Notes: generated by a model from the letters alone, not told the origin. A stretch of 64,000 nt of DNA from the human T2T-CHM13v2.0 reference genome, Homo sapiens (GCF_009914755.1 NC_060928.1), one strand, 5' to 3'. Counted from the first letter of the stretch, positions 14,739-28,819 are shown. Program-made: numbers and translations.

Positions 14739-17700
14739 ATCTGAGGCTGTGAGGTTTATCAATTATATATTTTAAGAATGAATATCATTGGTAAGACTTG
14801 CATTAGCGGAAAATTTAGGTGTAAGTAAGAGAAAATCACTTGGGATGGCTTTTTAAAATGAGACTTTTTGGTAAGGATACCTACAAAGTATCCCATGGCA
14901 GTTCCAGGGCAGGAACGCAACAGGACTGTGGAAAACTGGAACTAGAAATAAGAGCAATATCGAGAACTCAGACATTATGCTTTCTGTCATGCTTCTTTTT
15001 CTTTGTGACTTCAATTTTGCTTACCAACCTCTATAGACTGGCTCTATCTATTTGCTTTCATATAGCCAAGCTCAGATTGCACCTTTTTTCACCATTCAAA
15101 TTGAGGTAAATAGAGTAATTTAGTCCCAATCCTGAAATACTGAAGAAAAGATTGTGACTGGATTAACTTGGATTAATCCACTGAAGGCAGCTGATGGTCA
15201 CAGTACAAACACAGCCACTCAAATCACCTCAAAATGGTCTGATACAAGTCATGAAAATGATATAATCCAGAGGTTACAGCTATAAATGTAAGATAAAATG
15301 ATGAAAAGGAAAAAACAGCAATTATAAAAATAGATTATACAATAATAAATACTTTACAACAGAGAGAAAATACAGTGGAAATTGGATTTATAACTTGCAA
15401 AAGGCAGCTAACAGTGACAAATTATCTTTCTTAGTGAACACACTATCAATAAGCCATCATCTACCATCTTTCATATAATCTTGACCCAGGCTGACCACAG
15501 GAATTCTAACTTTTGAGTTCCATGCTCTGTATATTGCACATGCCATGTGATATCAGAGTTTTTATAATCATTTCTCAGTATCTGAGCTAGAAACAATATA
15601 TTGATATGACAAAATTAGAAGTAGAAACAAACATACAAATAAATTCATGGGTAAGTAAATAACTTTCACTTTAAATGTAGTTTAATTTGGCTTTTAAAGA
15701 CAAATTTTGATTTCTCCTAAGCAATTATAAATGAGTGTATGAGATCTGTGATGAAGAGCTAGTGAGCAGGTGGTACAAGTATACAAGCTGTCAAACAAAC
15801 AATTGGGATAAAATGTTACAAATATTCCTTTTATTCTATAATATATGAAAATAAGACAAGATATTCACATGACAACAGCTGATAGTTGTTTCCTAATAAC
15901 ATGTTCACAAATGTCTCTTCAAGGTTAATGATGAATTTTCATTAATTAAACTTTGTTCTTCGATATATGCAAGGTTATAATGTCAAATCAGAAGAAATTT
16001 TAAAGTGCTACTTTGATAGTCAAAAATGTCAACTATTCCTCATTGTGTTTACATTCATAAGTAGAAGTAGATTTTTAGAGCCAGGCATACAATGAATTAA
16101 CAACTATATGTGTTATTTTGACTCAGATTTTTGCTAAAATAGATTTTTTAATGAGTAGATTAATTGGCTATTCTTCAACAAAGTCATATTTAAATTAATT
16201 AAGATGTTTGTTGTAATAAAGACATTATGCTTTAACACATTTGAATGAATAAAAAATAATTATACTATAATTAAGGAGCTTCATTTCAAAGAATACAACA
16301 TAACCTGAAGTTTATAAGCAACAATCCCTTCGAAGTAACTTTCTCCAGCTGGCCCCAGAGAATCCCCGTTTGACAGACGGAAATAAGAAAAGCCGTAAAG
16401 GAAAAGCGATGTTTTCGGCATTATAGTAGCATTATGAAATTTCCAGCATATGGTAAGAAAATAGATGCATTTCCAAAAATGCTGACCTTCTTCATATATT
16501 TCTCCTGATGTCATAAAACCTTATAGTTAGCAAAACAGTCTATTAAAATATGAATATAGATCATATGATTCCAATTCTAGAGAAATTATAATTTTCTCAT
16601 CCAGTTCTAAGGTCCACTATTACTCTCTTTGATTTTGTAAAGAGGTGCATGTGTGTATTTGTGTGTACTAAATGTTCTATATAACGTATTTTTGAGGAAT
16701 TTTATCTAAAATGTCACAGCTGTTGCTTTGCCACAGTGTTTGAAGACATCATGGCTATCAGCCCTCCCATGTATTTTCACTAAGCTCTGGCTTATTCATA
16801 CAAGTGCACTAATATTTTGCATGCCTTCCTATCATAAAAAATCTTTCTTACTAAATATCACATAAATCTCTTTGTCAAGTAACTGAGAGTTGAACTGAGA
16901 ACAAAAATATAATGAAAAAAGGGGCAACATTTTACAGATAAATGTCTTTGCCAGGGAAGTTGTATTTTTGTGAATGAGTGTCATGTTGCAAACCACGTGA
17001 AGGTTACTGAAAGACCAAGAGTACTGCCACTGAAAATGGTAAGGAAGGTAAAAGGGCACTTGGCAGATGCATTATGTCTGTGTTTATGAGAAAACTCATC
17101 TTGGAAAAAGAATTTTGACCTGGAGGATATATGAAGACACAACAATTACTATCAATCTATGTAATAAAAAAAAGTTTAAAAAAGACCTTTAATTTTCCAC
17201 TAAATTTGTTAAATTATTCCTATTTCCTCTGGTTCCATGTACTGTAAAAACTGGTACGAGTAAACTTTAAAGTGTAATATATAAGGGAATGTGTAGGTAG
17301 ATAATGTATTCATGATAGCGTAATTATGATCATTTAACATCTAAATACATTTCAAAATCTTGGGAAAACTAGATTTTTCTGTCTTTATTAAGTATTTCAC
17401 TTCTTTCAGTTCAAGAAATCTAGTTTCAGCTAGCAGGAATTACTTTTCAATGTGGTGTGCACTCCCTTTTCCTTACTTTTCTTGGGAACTAACCTCAGGA
17501 GCCACAGAAGATGTCATTGTTCACAAAAAGCAGTTTCTGGACATCACATTTTGGTTTCACGAATTTCTTCCACCTCTTCCTTTTTTGCTTCCCACTTTTT
17601 AGGATAAGTCTTTTATTTAGAACAAACAGTCTAATATTTCTTTACTCCGAGTTCTTGGAGATTTTCCTCTGAGACATAAGCTACTCACAAAAGCCTTTAA

Positions 17701-20700
17701 ATCTGTGTGTTTTCTAGCTTGCTTTGTATTTTCTTCAGTGTGCCTGACAGCTTTGTTAGTATCAGTGAAAACTTCAACAAAACCCCTACCCTAACTAATC
17801 GAAATAATTATTTCCAAGGCAAGAAAGAAATGCCAATTATAAAGCAGTGCTATGTTTATGGTTATAGGCAGACACCTCGCAATACAACTGCTGCATATTT
17901 ACTTCATGTATTAAGGGCAGCCATGCACAGCAAGAATAGGAATCCAGTGAGGTGAGACATGAAGCTTCTGTTGGTAACAGTGCAGATCAAATTTCTGGTA
18001 AATTGTAAGGTGTAATAATGAAAAGAAGAACAGGAGTAGAATGCAATGAAAGTAAAGCACAAATAAAAAATAAACATATCCTAATCCATGGAGCATGTTA
18101 TTATTTTTAATATAATAAAAATCTGGAACTTTTTAAAGAAAGTACTGTTGATATAAAATAGCTAATGATGTATAAAAATATAGTGTTTCAAGTCACGTAA
18201 AACCCATATTCTTTTATTAAGTAGGGTAGCACTCTCTAGGTGCTGTAATAAACAGTCCCACTATTGCAGTTGCTTAATACTATAAAATGTTTATCTCTTA
18301 CCAATTTCCAATACAAGTTAATGACTCCAGGTTGTGCTTCTGAGATCTGGCTTCATTTATATGAGTTCTCTAAACAAGGGTCCTTTACTTTCCCCCACAC
18401 AAGAAATATTTGATAGCTGTTTGATACTATTCCATGGTATGGAAAAAATTAGATCTGAAATTGTTTTAGAATTCGTCTGCCTTCCAATGGTGAAGAGTTG
18501 ATGTGAAGATACCATGAAGTTTTTAACCTTGTGTAAATTCACCAATTAAATCCTCAATCAGCCATTGGATTCTCTCAAGTTAAAACAAAACAAAACAACA
18601 CTGAGTGAAGATTTTTGCATAGAAAACATTTCATCAATCTGACCTATTGGCCATGTAAATTTAATGAGACTAAAATTTAATGAAATATTGACTGAACCAC
18701 AGCAGTCCACCATATTAAAAAAAATAGGAAGTCCAATTACATTGTCTAAAATAAAATCACTTCTGAATGTATTATTTGAAACATGCTTGAATTTTGTCAA
18801 TGAGAATATCTGGGTATTAAACATGACTGATACATTTTTACTTGGTCTTTTTTATTTTACCCGATTTATTTTCTCCAAGTAATAAATAGTAATTAATATT
18901 CCCCATGTTATTTTTAATTGATGAAAAGTTGTTAAACCAAACAGAACAAACATACGTACTGAATTGCCTGAAACCATCTTAGTCTGTTCCTTTCACCCCA
19001 GTATAATTATTAGCTGCGGCCTCTCTGACTCCCAAGAGTATCACAATGGAAAATAAAACATTTTTACAATAAGAAAAAGTAGGATTCATTGCACTCAAAA
19101 TTCCATGACTTTGCTTAATATTATATTTCAAAAATTCATAATCCAAATAATATTGAAATATTAAACAATTGTTTTCTTTTTGCTTAAACAAATATTATAA
19201 TAAAATGGAACTTAAACAGCAGATGCTGTATATTTGGTTTTATAATCCTCAGGTGTTAAATTTATTTTTATTAATTTATATGATTTTATATTTTTATATT
19301 GGAATGTAAGTCAGAACTTTTTCCATGTGGATACTGTCATGACATGTGGCTGAATTGCCAGATAGTATGGCTTTTTGTTAAATATTATACATTATATATT
19401 ATACACAGTGGAATGCACATATTATATGGCTTCATTAAATAATGATTAGAATATTAAACACAATAGTGCTTAAAGGAACCAAAGAGTTGTATAACTATCA
19501 TGTGCTTATTTGGCATTGTAAATTAGATTCTGACCAGAAGTTCATTTTTCAAAAGTAGTTACTGGGTATATGTTCACACATTGTACAAAACATAATTAGT
19601 AGACATATTCTTCCTCTCAAACTGTTGAAATTGTGACTGGATAATAAATGACAATATTAATTTCTGCTCTCCCTGCAATCAGATATTGGAAAAGACACAA
19701 TGAATTGTAATTATTTTTTCTACCTTTTAGAAAAACATTACAGTATTTTCCCCTTAAGGTTAAGCTGTTTTAAAGTCTATGCGGTGCTAATAATATTTTC
19801 CTTCCCCAAATCACTAGATTTTTGAGAAGAGTTATACCAGCTGAAACTTTTCTCAGCTCATTTTTAAAAAAGGGGAAAGGCTGCAAGAAGTGCCGTTAGC
19901 AATCCCTCTTGACTGGTTTCTAATGCTCTTGGACCTTCCATGTTTGTGGGGTAGCAGGTATAGTCGGTTTCCGTTAGCCACCACCTCTTGATGTCATACC
20001 CTTTGATATAATAATCTGCTGGACTCCAATGTGCTTGCTCTATCAAAGGAGAAATGTCTATGGGTGTCAGAATTGCATGCAGCTACTAGTTGAAGAATTC
20101 TACATAGTAGCCAGGGCACACTTCTAGGTGTGATGCTGTAAACTTAAACATGCTGTATTTTTTGCAAGCTTGAGTGGAACAGGAATAGAAGACATTAAAT
20201 GAATAATATCAGGCGGCAAGAAAGGCATTTGAATTACTCAGGAGAACTAGAAGGTTTCTCACTGCATCAGCTTTGCTGGCAATACAAGTAAAAAGGGCAA
20301 GTTTCTCTTCACTTTAAGATTAAAAAAAAATTAAGTAAATTATATGATGCTTTGGCTTCCCTTCCCATGTTAACTTTCATCTGTTTAATATATTGTTTGC
20401 CTTTTCCCAAGTGACTCGTGCAGCTACTCTCCATCCAGTTGCTTCCATATGGGGTGCAATCCAATTTCTTCCTTTTCTTGGATCATAGCTCTTTATCATG
20501 TCTGCATTCTTAGCTACATGGTGTGTTGATGAAACGGACTATTGGAGATGGAATCTGCGCTAAGATGTGAGTTGGATTCAAGACTAGACTACGATGCACA
20601 CAAACCTATGTTCTCAAATAGGGCAGGTAATTCATTACCATCTATAAAAGTTGTGTGCCCTCATTCCCTTTCCTGGGAAACTCGTCATTAAAGGGGACCA

Positions 20701-22036
20701 CTCTGTTAAAAAGTTATTATCCCCACCTTCCCTTCCCTAGAGTCAGTTTGAGTCTGAGAGTGATGAAGAAATGCAGAGGAGGCAGAGGGAACAGGGATAG
20801 CAGAGTAAGGAGAAACGCTCTGTGAAAGGGAAAGTGTCTTTAATTTTCACATCTCTTCTGTTTTTCTCAATCTTTTCTTCTTGCTATACAAATATATTTA
20901 TTTTTTCTTAGAAGGATTTTTCACCCCATATGGGCTAGTGCTTAGGATAAGTCTGGTGCAAGAACCTCAGCAAATACATTAATTTATCCAAATAAAAAAT
21001 GTTTTCAAGCAACTGGACTCTTATTTACTTATTTTAAGAGATTTTAGGTTTTTAAGGGAAAGCTCCGCAGGCGACATTCCTGGCTTCCCATTGTCAAAAA
21101 GTGGGACTGAAGTGAGCTTACCTTGGACATGTAGAGGTCTTTAGACTCTCTCTCTCTTTTTTTTTTTTTTTTTTGAATCTGCTGATTTTTCTGTTGGTAA
21201 ACTCTCTGTTCATGGTCTTCTAACCAAGAAAGAAAGAAAAAATCTTAAAGGGCTTCCAAATTTAAAAAAGGGCTTTACAAATTGCAGTAGCTCTATGACA
21301 ACCAACAACCTAGACAGCTAAGTGTCATCCCTTTTATTGTAAATTTAGGTTTGCCTGGCTTATCATTGTTTAGGATGATAAAACAGTTAATCAGAGGATT
21401 GATGGTCTAAGAAAAAAGAACTAGATAAAGCTTAGAGAAGATGTTCTTTAAGATTAAACAGGTCAAACTCTGGAGCTCAGAGCAATAATATAAAGTATCT
21501 TCTTCAGCATAAAAAAATACTTTGTCTAACACACATGGACCAGAAAAAGCTAAAAAACCAAAACAATGGCAAATAATTTTTTCTAAAATGTTTTTCTACC
21601 AACATTGACAAGTCAAGTGAACCGGACTGGTAAAGAAAAAGATATATTTGTTACTAAAATTTAATGCCACTTAGAGATTTTGTTTTTCTTATAGAATTTA
21701 GCCAATCCTTCCTAAAATGTAAATATTTGAATATTTAACTTTTATAGTCATTTGAAACTGAATAAAGAAAAACAAAGATGAAAGAGGTTTTATAAAATCA
21801 AACTGCTATGGAAACTTCTTTGCCCAAAGTTTGGTCCACAGCCTTCATAAGATTGCCTATCAGAACACGTAACAGTCTTAAATCTTAGCCAGTAAACAAG
21901 ATATTCTTAACTTGTCTAATTTTGTTAGAAACAAAATTTGGTTAAAAATACCATATGGAGATAAACTGATAAGTTTATATTAACTATGTTTTACTGTCTT
22001 GTGACCTAAATTTCAACATGAATGCTATAAGATCTT

Positions 22037-22170
22037 TGTGTATATATGTGTGTGTATATATATGTATGTATGTATATATGTCTGTAGGTGTGTGTGTATG
22101 TGTGTATATATATATATACACAGTTGTGTTTACACATATGTACATGTATTATGTTGTATGTCATGTCTAT
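22037..22170. repeat. Compound (TG)n/(TA)n microsatellite
   Basis: tgtgtatatatgtgtgtgtatatatatgtatg... visible directly. Confidence 0.9.
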
Positions 22171-22450
22171 ATAATGGAATCTGGTGTAGTTGGCCAGAAA
22201 TTCCTTAAGGAATTCTATTCAAATTGGTTTAAATAAGTGAGTACACATATAAATTGTTAAGTATGGAGTAAGGCCCAAATATTTTTTAGTTCATGGGACT
22301 TAATTAAATCTTTGACAAATAAGCTGATCTTTAAATTTATTGATTAAAAAATAGAAATGCTGCCAGAATTGCAAGCATACATTTTTGCCTGGGTTTACTG
22401 GTCAGAGAAAATTATATTTGTCTTTACTAGATGTTTTAAGGTGTCAGTGA

Positions 22451-22578
22451 AAAGTTTATAAAACTGTAAGTGCCACAAAGTTTATAAAACTATAAGTATC
22501 TACAACTATAGTTTTAGATACTTATAGTTTTAGATACTTATAAGTATCTAAACTATAAGTATCTAAAACTATAAGTAT
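22451..22578. repeat. Direct plus inverted array of a 16-bp unit (taaaactataagtatc)
   Basis: Unit occurs forward, then reverse-complemented, then forward again. Confidence 0.9.
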
Positions 22579-23095
22579 AGCCTTAAGCAGAATAATCTGT
22601 GTAACTTTGAAAAAGATTAGTTTAATACTGTTGATTTTATGAAAACAGCTGTGTCTTCAGAGTTTTCAGTGAAATACTCATATATTTAAATTTAAGATTC
22701 TTACTTGGGCATAAAATGCCTGATATTTATAGGCTATGAAAAATGGTTAACAAGGAAATAGTTTGAAATAATCATGACCTCTGTCTAATATCTCAGTTTT
22801 CATAAGTAATTTAGATATAATTATTAAAATAAATAAGTTAGGTAAATGCAAACAGGATAAACATTTATAAATGAACTTCTAATGCAATTTATAATATTAA
22901 AATTATGTTAAGTTAAATTGAGTAATAATATTCATTAAATTTTGGGTTATTTCCAAATAAGTCAAAATACTAAATCATTAGGTCTTGAAAACAAAAGTTT
23001 ATTTCCTTTTGGATTCATAATTATTATAGAATGATAACATATATTTGGGCTTCTTAGTAAATATGTCCTATCCCACATTAAAAATAATTACATGA

Positions 23096-23349
<254 letters not shown>

Positions 23350-26301
23350 TTATGAGAAAACACATGTTTCTAAAAATTATAAAATATGCTCTTAATATAT
23401 AAAAGATTTAAATTGATTACCATCTAGGTTTTCACTAGAAATTAAGGGTACAGAGAATTAAAAATTCTAATTAATATATGTAATTCTATATACAAAGTGT
23501 ACCAGAAAAGTAAGGTTCATTTTTTATTATGAAAGAAGAAATAATTTTGTGTAATGCAGATGCTAAAGATTTTTTTTTCAAAATATGCCTTTAGAAAGGA
23601 AATAGAAACAAAACCGAAAGGAACACGTAAGTATGAGAAAGAAAAGTGAAAAAGGTTGTAGGTATGAAGTTATATTTTTGGTAAGGCAGTTAAAAAAAGA
23701 AGAGAATTTTTTTTGTGTGAGAATCATATGTAGTCAAAATGATAAAGAAAAAGGGAAAGTACATTTTTATCCTAAAGTAAAACAACTGGTAGTTTAAGAA
23801 AAATGAAGTACAGAACGAAACTTAAGGTCTGAGCAACTTGCAGAAGGTCTGAAGAGGTCATTCAAGGACTGTAAGAGATTAATTTATAAAAAAAATTTTG
23901 TGAGTAATTGAGTTGGCTAAAATTATGTAATTATTTGTACATCTTTCTAAAAACTGAGCTTAGGTAGACAGGTAACTAAAATTTTGTATCTAGATATGTT
24001 GCTAGATAATAGATAAAAACATAAAAATAAAACTAAAATTTTGGTCCCCTAGGTTAGACAGAACAAAGTTTTCTAAAGTATTTATCTGTTCTTAGAAAAA
24101 AAAAAAAGCTATAAGAGGTTTTGTATTTTAATTGTAAAATCTGTTTCTTTAAATTTTCAAACATCTTATCTGAAGTTATGTTTTTTCTGTTTTACAATTC
24201 TATTTCTGCCACATTTCTTACTAAGATCCATTTAATTTTTCTAGTTTATGGTTAGAAATGCAGTCTTCATTTAAAATGGTAATTTCATTTCTTGTGGTAG
24301 AGTTTTCCTTTCTATGCTTTTGAGGTTCCTGTCTCAGAAGTTCAACTTTTGTTATCTTGTGCCACACATGATTTACAGGTCATTTCTTCCTTTCTCCCTT
24401 TGAGAAGGTACATGGTATGATTTGGCTCTGTGTCTCCACCCAAATCTCATCTTATAGCTCCCATAATTCCCACTTGTTGTGTGAGGGACCTGATGGGAGA
24501 TGACTGAATTATGGGGGTGGGTCTTCCCTGTGCTGTTCTCATGAGAGTGAATAGGTCTCTTGGGATATGATGGTTTCAATAAATGGGAGTTTCTCTGCAC
24601 AAGCTCTTTTTTTTTTTTGCCTGCTGCCATCCATATAAGATGGAACTTGCTTCTCCTTGCCTTCCGCCATAATTGTGAGCCTTCCTCAACCATGTGGAAC
24701 TGTAAGTGCAATTACACCTCTTTCTTTTGTAAATTGTCAAGTCTTGGGTATGTCTTTATCAGCAGTGTGAAAATGGACCAATAGAGTAAATTGGTAACAA
24801 CAGAGTGGGGTGCTGCTGAAAAGATACTCAAAAGTGTGGAAGCAACTTTGGAACTGAGTAACAGGCAGAGGTTGGAAGAGATTGGAGGGCTCAGAAGAAA
24901 ACAGGAAAATATGGGGAAGTTTGGAACTTCCTAGAGACTTGATTAATGGTTTTGACCAAAAGCCTGATTGCAATATGGACAATAAGGTCCAGGCTGAGGT
25001 GGTCTCAGATGGAGATGAAGAATTTGTTGAGAACTGGAGCAAAAGTGACTTTTGTTATGTTTTATCAAAGAGACTGGGGGCATTTTGCCCTTGTCCCAGA
25101 GATATTTGGAACTTTGAACTTGAGAGAGATTATTTAGGGTATCTTGTGGAAAAATTTTCTAAGCAGCAAAGCATTCAAGAGATGACTTGGGTGCTGTTAA
25201 ATGCATTCAGTTTGATAAGGAAAGCAGAGCACGAAAGTTTGGAAAATTTGCCACCTGACAATGTGAAAGAAAAGAAAAACGCATTTCCTGAAAAGAAATT
25301 CAAGCCAGCTGCAGAAATTTGCATAATTAATGAGGAGCCTAATTTTAATCACCAAGACAATGGGGAAAATGTCTCCAGGGCATGTCAGAAGTCTCCACAG
25401 AATCTCCTTCCATCACAGGCCCAGAGGTATATAAGAAAATGATTTTGTTGGGTGGGCCTGGGGTCCCTGTGCTGTGTGCAGCCTAAAGACTTGGTGCCCT
25501 GCCTCCCAGCTGTTCCAGCCATGGGTGAAAGGGGCAACGTAGAGCTTGAGCCATGGATTCAGAGGGTGCAAGCCCCAAGCCTTGACAGCTTCCACACAAT
25601 GTTGAGCCTGCCTGAGCACAGAAGTCAAGAATTGAGGTTTGGGACCCTCTGCCTAAATTTCAGAGGGTGTATGGAAACACCTGGATGTCCAGGCAGAAGC
25701 TTGCTGCAATGGCAGAGCTATTATGGAGAACTTCTGCTAGGGCAGTGCAGAAGGGAAATGTAGGGTCACAGATCCCACACAGAGTCCTTACTGAGGCACT
25801 GCCTAGTGGAGCTGGGAAAAGAGAGCCATCATCCTCCAGACCCCAGAATGGTAGATCCACCAACAGCTTGCACAATGCACCTGGAAAAGCCACATACACT
25901 CAATGCCAGTTAATGAAAGCAGCTGGGAGGGAGGTTGTATTCTTCAAAGTCACAGGGGTGGAGCTGTCCAAGACCATGGGAAGCCACCTCTTTCATCAAC
26001 ATGACCTGGGTATGAGACCTGAATTCTAAGGAGAATATTTCAGAGCTTTAAGATTTGCCTGCCTCACTAGATTTCAACTTGCATGGGGACTGTAGCCCCT
26101 TAGTTTTGGCCAATTTCTCCCATTTGGAATGATTGTATTTATCCAGTGCCTGTACCCTCATTGTATCTAGGAAGTAACTAACCTGCTTTTAATTTTACTG
26201 GCTCATAGACAGAAGGAATTTGCCTTGTCTCAGATAAGACTTTGGACTATGGACTTTTGAGTTATTGCTGAAATGATTGGAGACTTTGTGGGACTACTGG
26301 G

Positions 26302-26705
26302 TGTCAGGCCTCTGAACCCAAGCTAAGCCATCATATCCCCTGTGACCTGCACGTACACATCCAGATGGCTGGTTCCTGCCTTAACTGATGACATTCCACC
26401 ACAAAAGAAGTGAAAATGGCCTGTTCCTGCCTTAACTGATGACATTGTCTTGTGAAATTCCTTCTCCTGGCTCATCCTGGCTCAAAAGCTCCCCCACTAA
26501 GTACCTTGTGACCCCCACTCCTGCCCGCCAGAGAACGACCCCCCTTTTTCCTTTACCTACCCAAATCCTATAAAAAGGCCCCACCTCTATCTCCCTTTGC
26601 TGACTCTCTTTTCGGACTCAGCCTGCCTGCACCCAGGTGAAATAAACAGCCATGTTGCTCACACAAAGCCTGTTTTGTGGTCTCTTCACACAGACGCATG
26701 TGAAA
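26302..26705 (+). promoter_or_regulatory. HERV-H 5' LTR7 (putative promoter/enhancer)
   Basis: tgtcaggcctctga...catgtgaaa; duplicated gttcctgccttaactgatgacatt; ACAAAAGA 26401-26408; TATAAAA 26569-26575; AATAAA 26641-26646. Confidence 0.93.
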
Positions 26706-26707
26706 TT

Positions 26708-26725
26708 TGGTGCTGTGACTCGGAT
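26708..26725 (+). other. Primer-binding site complementary to tRNA-His
   Basis: tggtgctgtgactcggat equals TGGTGCCGTGACTCGGAT with one CpG transition, 2 nt after the 5' LTR. Confidence 0.95.
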
Positions 26726-26848
26726 CAGTAGACCTCCCTTGGGAGATCAATCCCCTGTCCTCCTGTTCTTTGCTCCATGAAAAAGATCCACCTACAACCT
26801 CTGGTCCTCAGACTAACCAGCCCAAGAAACATCTCACCAATTTCAAAT

Positions 26849-26857
26849 CCGGTAAGC
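26849..26857 (+). promoter_or_regulatory. HERV-H leader splice donor (CCG|GTAAGC)
   Basis: Consensus-like donor ~145 nt downstream of the 5' LTR, the position of the HERV-H major donor. Confidence 0.75.
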
Positions 26858-27309
26858 GGCCTCTTTTTACTCTCTTCTCCAACCTCCCTCACTATCCCTC
26901 AACTTCTTTCTCCTTTCAATCTTGGCGCCACACTTCAATCTCTCCCTTCTATTAATTTCAATTCCTTTCATTTTCTGGTAGAGACAAAGGAGACACATTT
27001 TACCCGTGGACCCAAAACTCCAGCTCCAGTCACGGATTAGGGAAGGCAGCCTTCCCTTGGTGTTTAATCATTGCAGGGACGCCTCTCTGATTGTTCACCC
27101 AGGTTTCAGAGGTGTCAGACCACGCAGGGATGCCTGCCTTGGTCCTTCACCCTTAGTGGCAAGTCCCGCTTTCTGGGGGAGGGGCAAGTACCCCAAACCC
27201 TTCTCTCTGTGTCTCTACCCCTTCTCTGCCTTTCTGGGGGGCAAGAAATCTCCAAACCCTTCTCCTTCACTCTTAGCAGCAAGTCCCACTTTCCTAGGGG
27301 AGGGACAAG

Positions 27310-27450
27310 TACCCCAACCTTGTATCTCTGTGCCCCAATCCCTTATTTCTGTGCCCCGATCCCTTATTTCCGCACCGCAACCACTTATATCTCTGCACCC
27401 TGATCCCTTATTTCCACACCCCGACCTCGTATCTCTGTGCCCCGACCCCT
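27310..27450 (+). repeat. ~20-bp tandem repeats in the HERV-H leader (ccttatttctgtgccccgat-like)
   Basis: About six diverged copies visible. Confidence 0.8.
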
Positions 27451-28422
27451 TTCCCACTTTTCTGGAGGGTAGGAACCCATGAACCGCTTCCCTCCATGTC
27501 TCTACTCTCCCTTATCTTTAAACTTGCCTCCTTCACTATAGGCAACCTTCCACCCTCCACTCCTCCTTCTTCTCCCTTAGCCTGTGTACTCAAAAACTTA
27601 AAACCTCTTCAACTCACACCTGACCTAAAATGTAAATGCCTTATTTTCTTCTGCAATGCCGCTTGACCCGAATACAAACTCGACAGTAGTTCCAAATAGC
27701 CAGAAAACGGCACTTTCAATTTTTCTATCCTGCAAGATCTAAATCATTCTTGTCGTAAAATAGGCAAACGGTCTGAGGTGCCTGATGTCCAGGCATTCTT
27801 TTACACATCGGTCCCTTCCTAGTCTCTGTGCCCAATGCAACTCGTCCCAAATCTTCCTTCTTTCCCTCCCGCCTGTCCCCTCAGTCGCAACCACAAGCGT
27901 CACTGAGTCTTTCTAATATTCCTTTTCCACAGACCAATCTGTCCTCTCCCTTCCTCCCCAGGCTGCTCCTCACCAGGTGGAGCTAGGTCCCAATTCTTCC
28001 TCAGCCTCTGCTCCTCCACCCTATAATCTTTTTATCACCTCCCCTCCTCACACCTGGCCCGGTTTACAGTTTCATTCCGTAAGTAGCCCTCCCCCACCTG
28101 CCCAGCAGTTTCTTCTTAAAAAGGTGGCTGAAGCTAAAGGCATAGTCAAGGTTAATGCTCCTTTTTCTTTATCCGACCTTTCCCAAATCAGTTAGCGTTT
28201 AGACTCTTTTTCATCAAATATAAAAAACCCAGCCCAGTTCATGGCTTTTTCAGCAGCAACCCTGAGACGCTTTACAGCCCTAGACCCTAAAAGGTCAAAA
28301 GGCCGTCTTATTCTCAATATACATTTTATTACCCAATCTGCTCCCGACATTAAATAAAACTCCAAAAATTAAATTCCAGCCCTCAAACCCCACAGTAGGA
28401 TTTAATTAACCTCACCTTCAAG

Positions 28423-28773
28423 GTGTACAATAATAGAAAAAAGTTGCAATTCTTTGCCTCCACTGTGAGACAAACCCCAGCCACATCTCCAGCACACAAG
28501 AACTTCCAGACGCCTAAACCTCAGTGGCCAGGAGTTCCTCCAGAACCACCTTCCCCAGGAGCTTGCTACAAGTGCCAGAAATCTGGCCACCAGGCCGAGG
28601 AATGCCTGCAGCCTGGGATTCCTCCTAAGCCATGTCCCATCTGTGTGGAGCCCCACTGGAAATCGGACTGTTCAACTCACCTGGCAGCCACTCCCAGAGC
28701 CCCTGGAACTCTGGCTCAAGGCTCTCTGACTGACTCCTTCCCAGATCTTCTCCGCTTAGCAGCTGAAGACTGA
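28423..28773 (+). pseudogene. gag: HERV-H gag remnant (nucleocapsid zinc knuckles)
   Basis: Translation contains CYKCQKSGHQAEEC (CX2CX4HX4C) and CPICVEPHWKSDC; upstream gag is broken by stops. Confidence 0.85.
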
Positions 28774-28819
28774 CACTGCCCGATCACCTCGGAAGCCTAC
28801 AGGACCATCACAGACGCTC

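Noticed and set aside
24882-26029. 186-aa and neighbouring ORFs
   Set aside because: Broken remnants of the THE1 internal ORF; no evidence of domestication
26708-26725. tRNA-His similarity
   Set aside because: Only the 18-nt retroviral primer-binding site, not a tRNA gene
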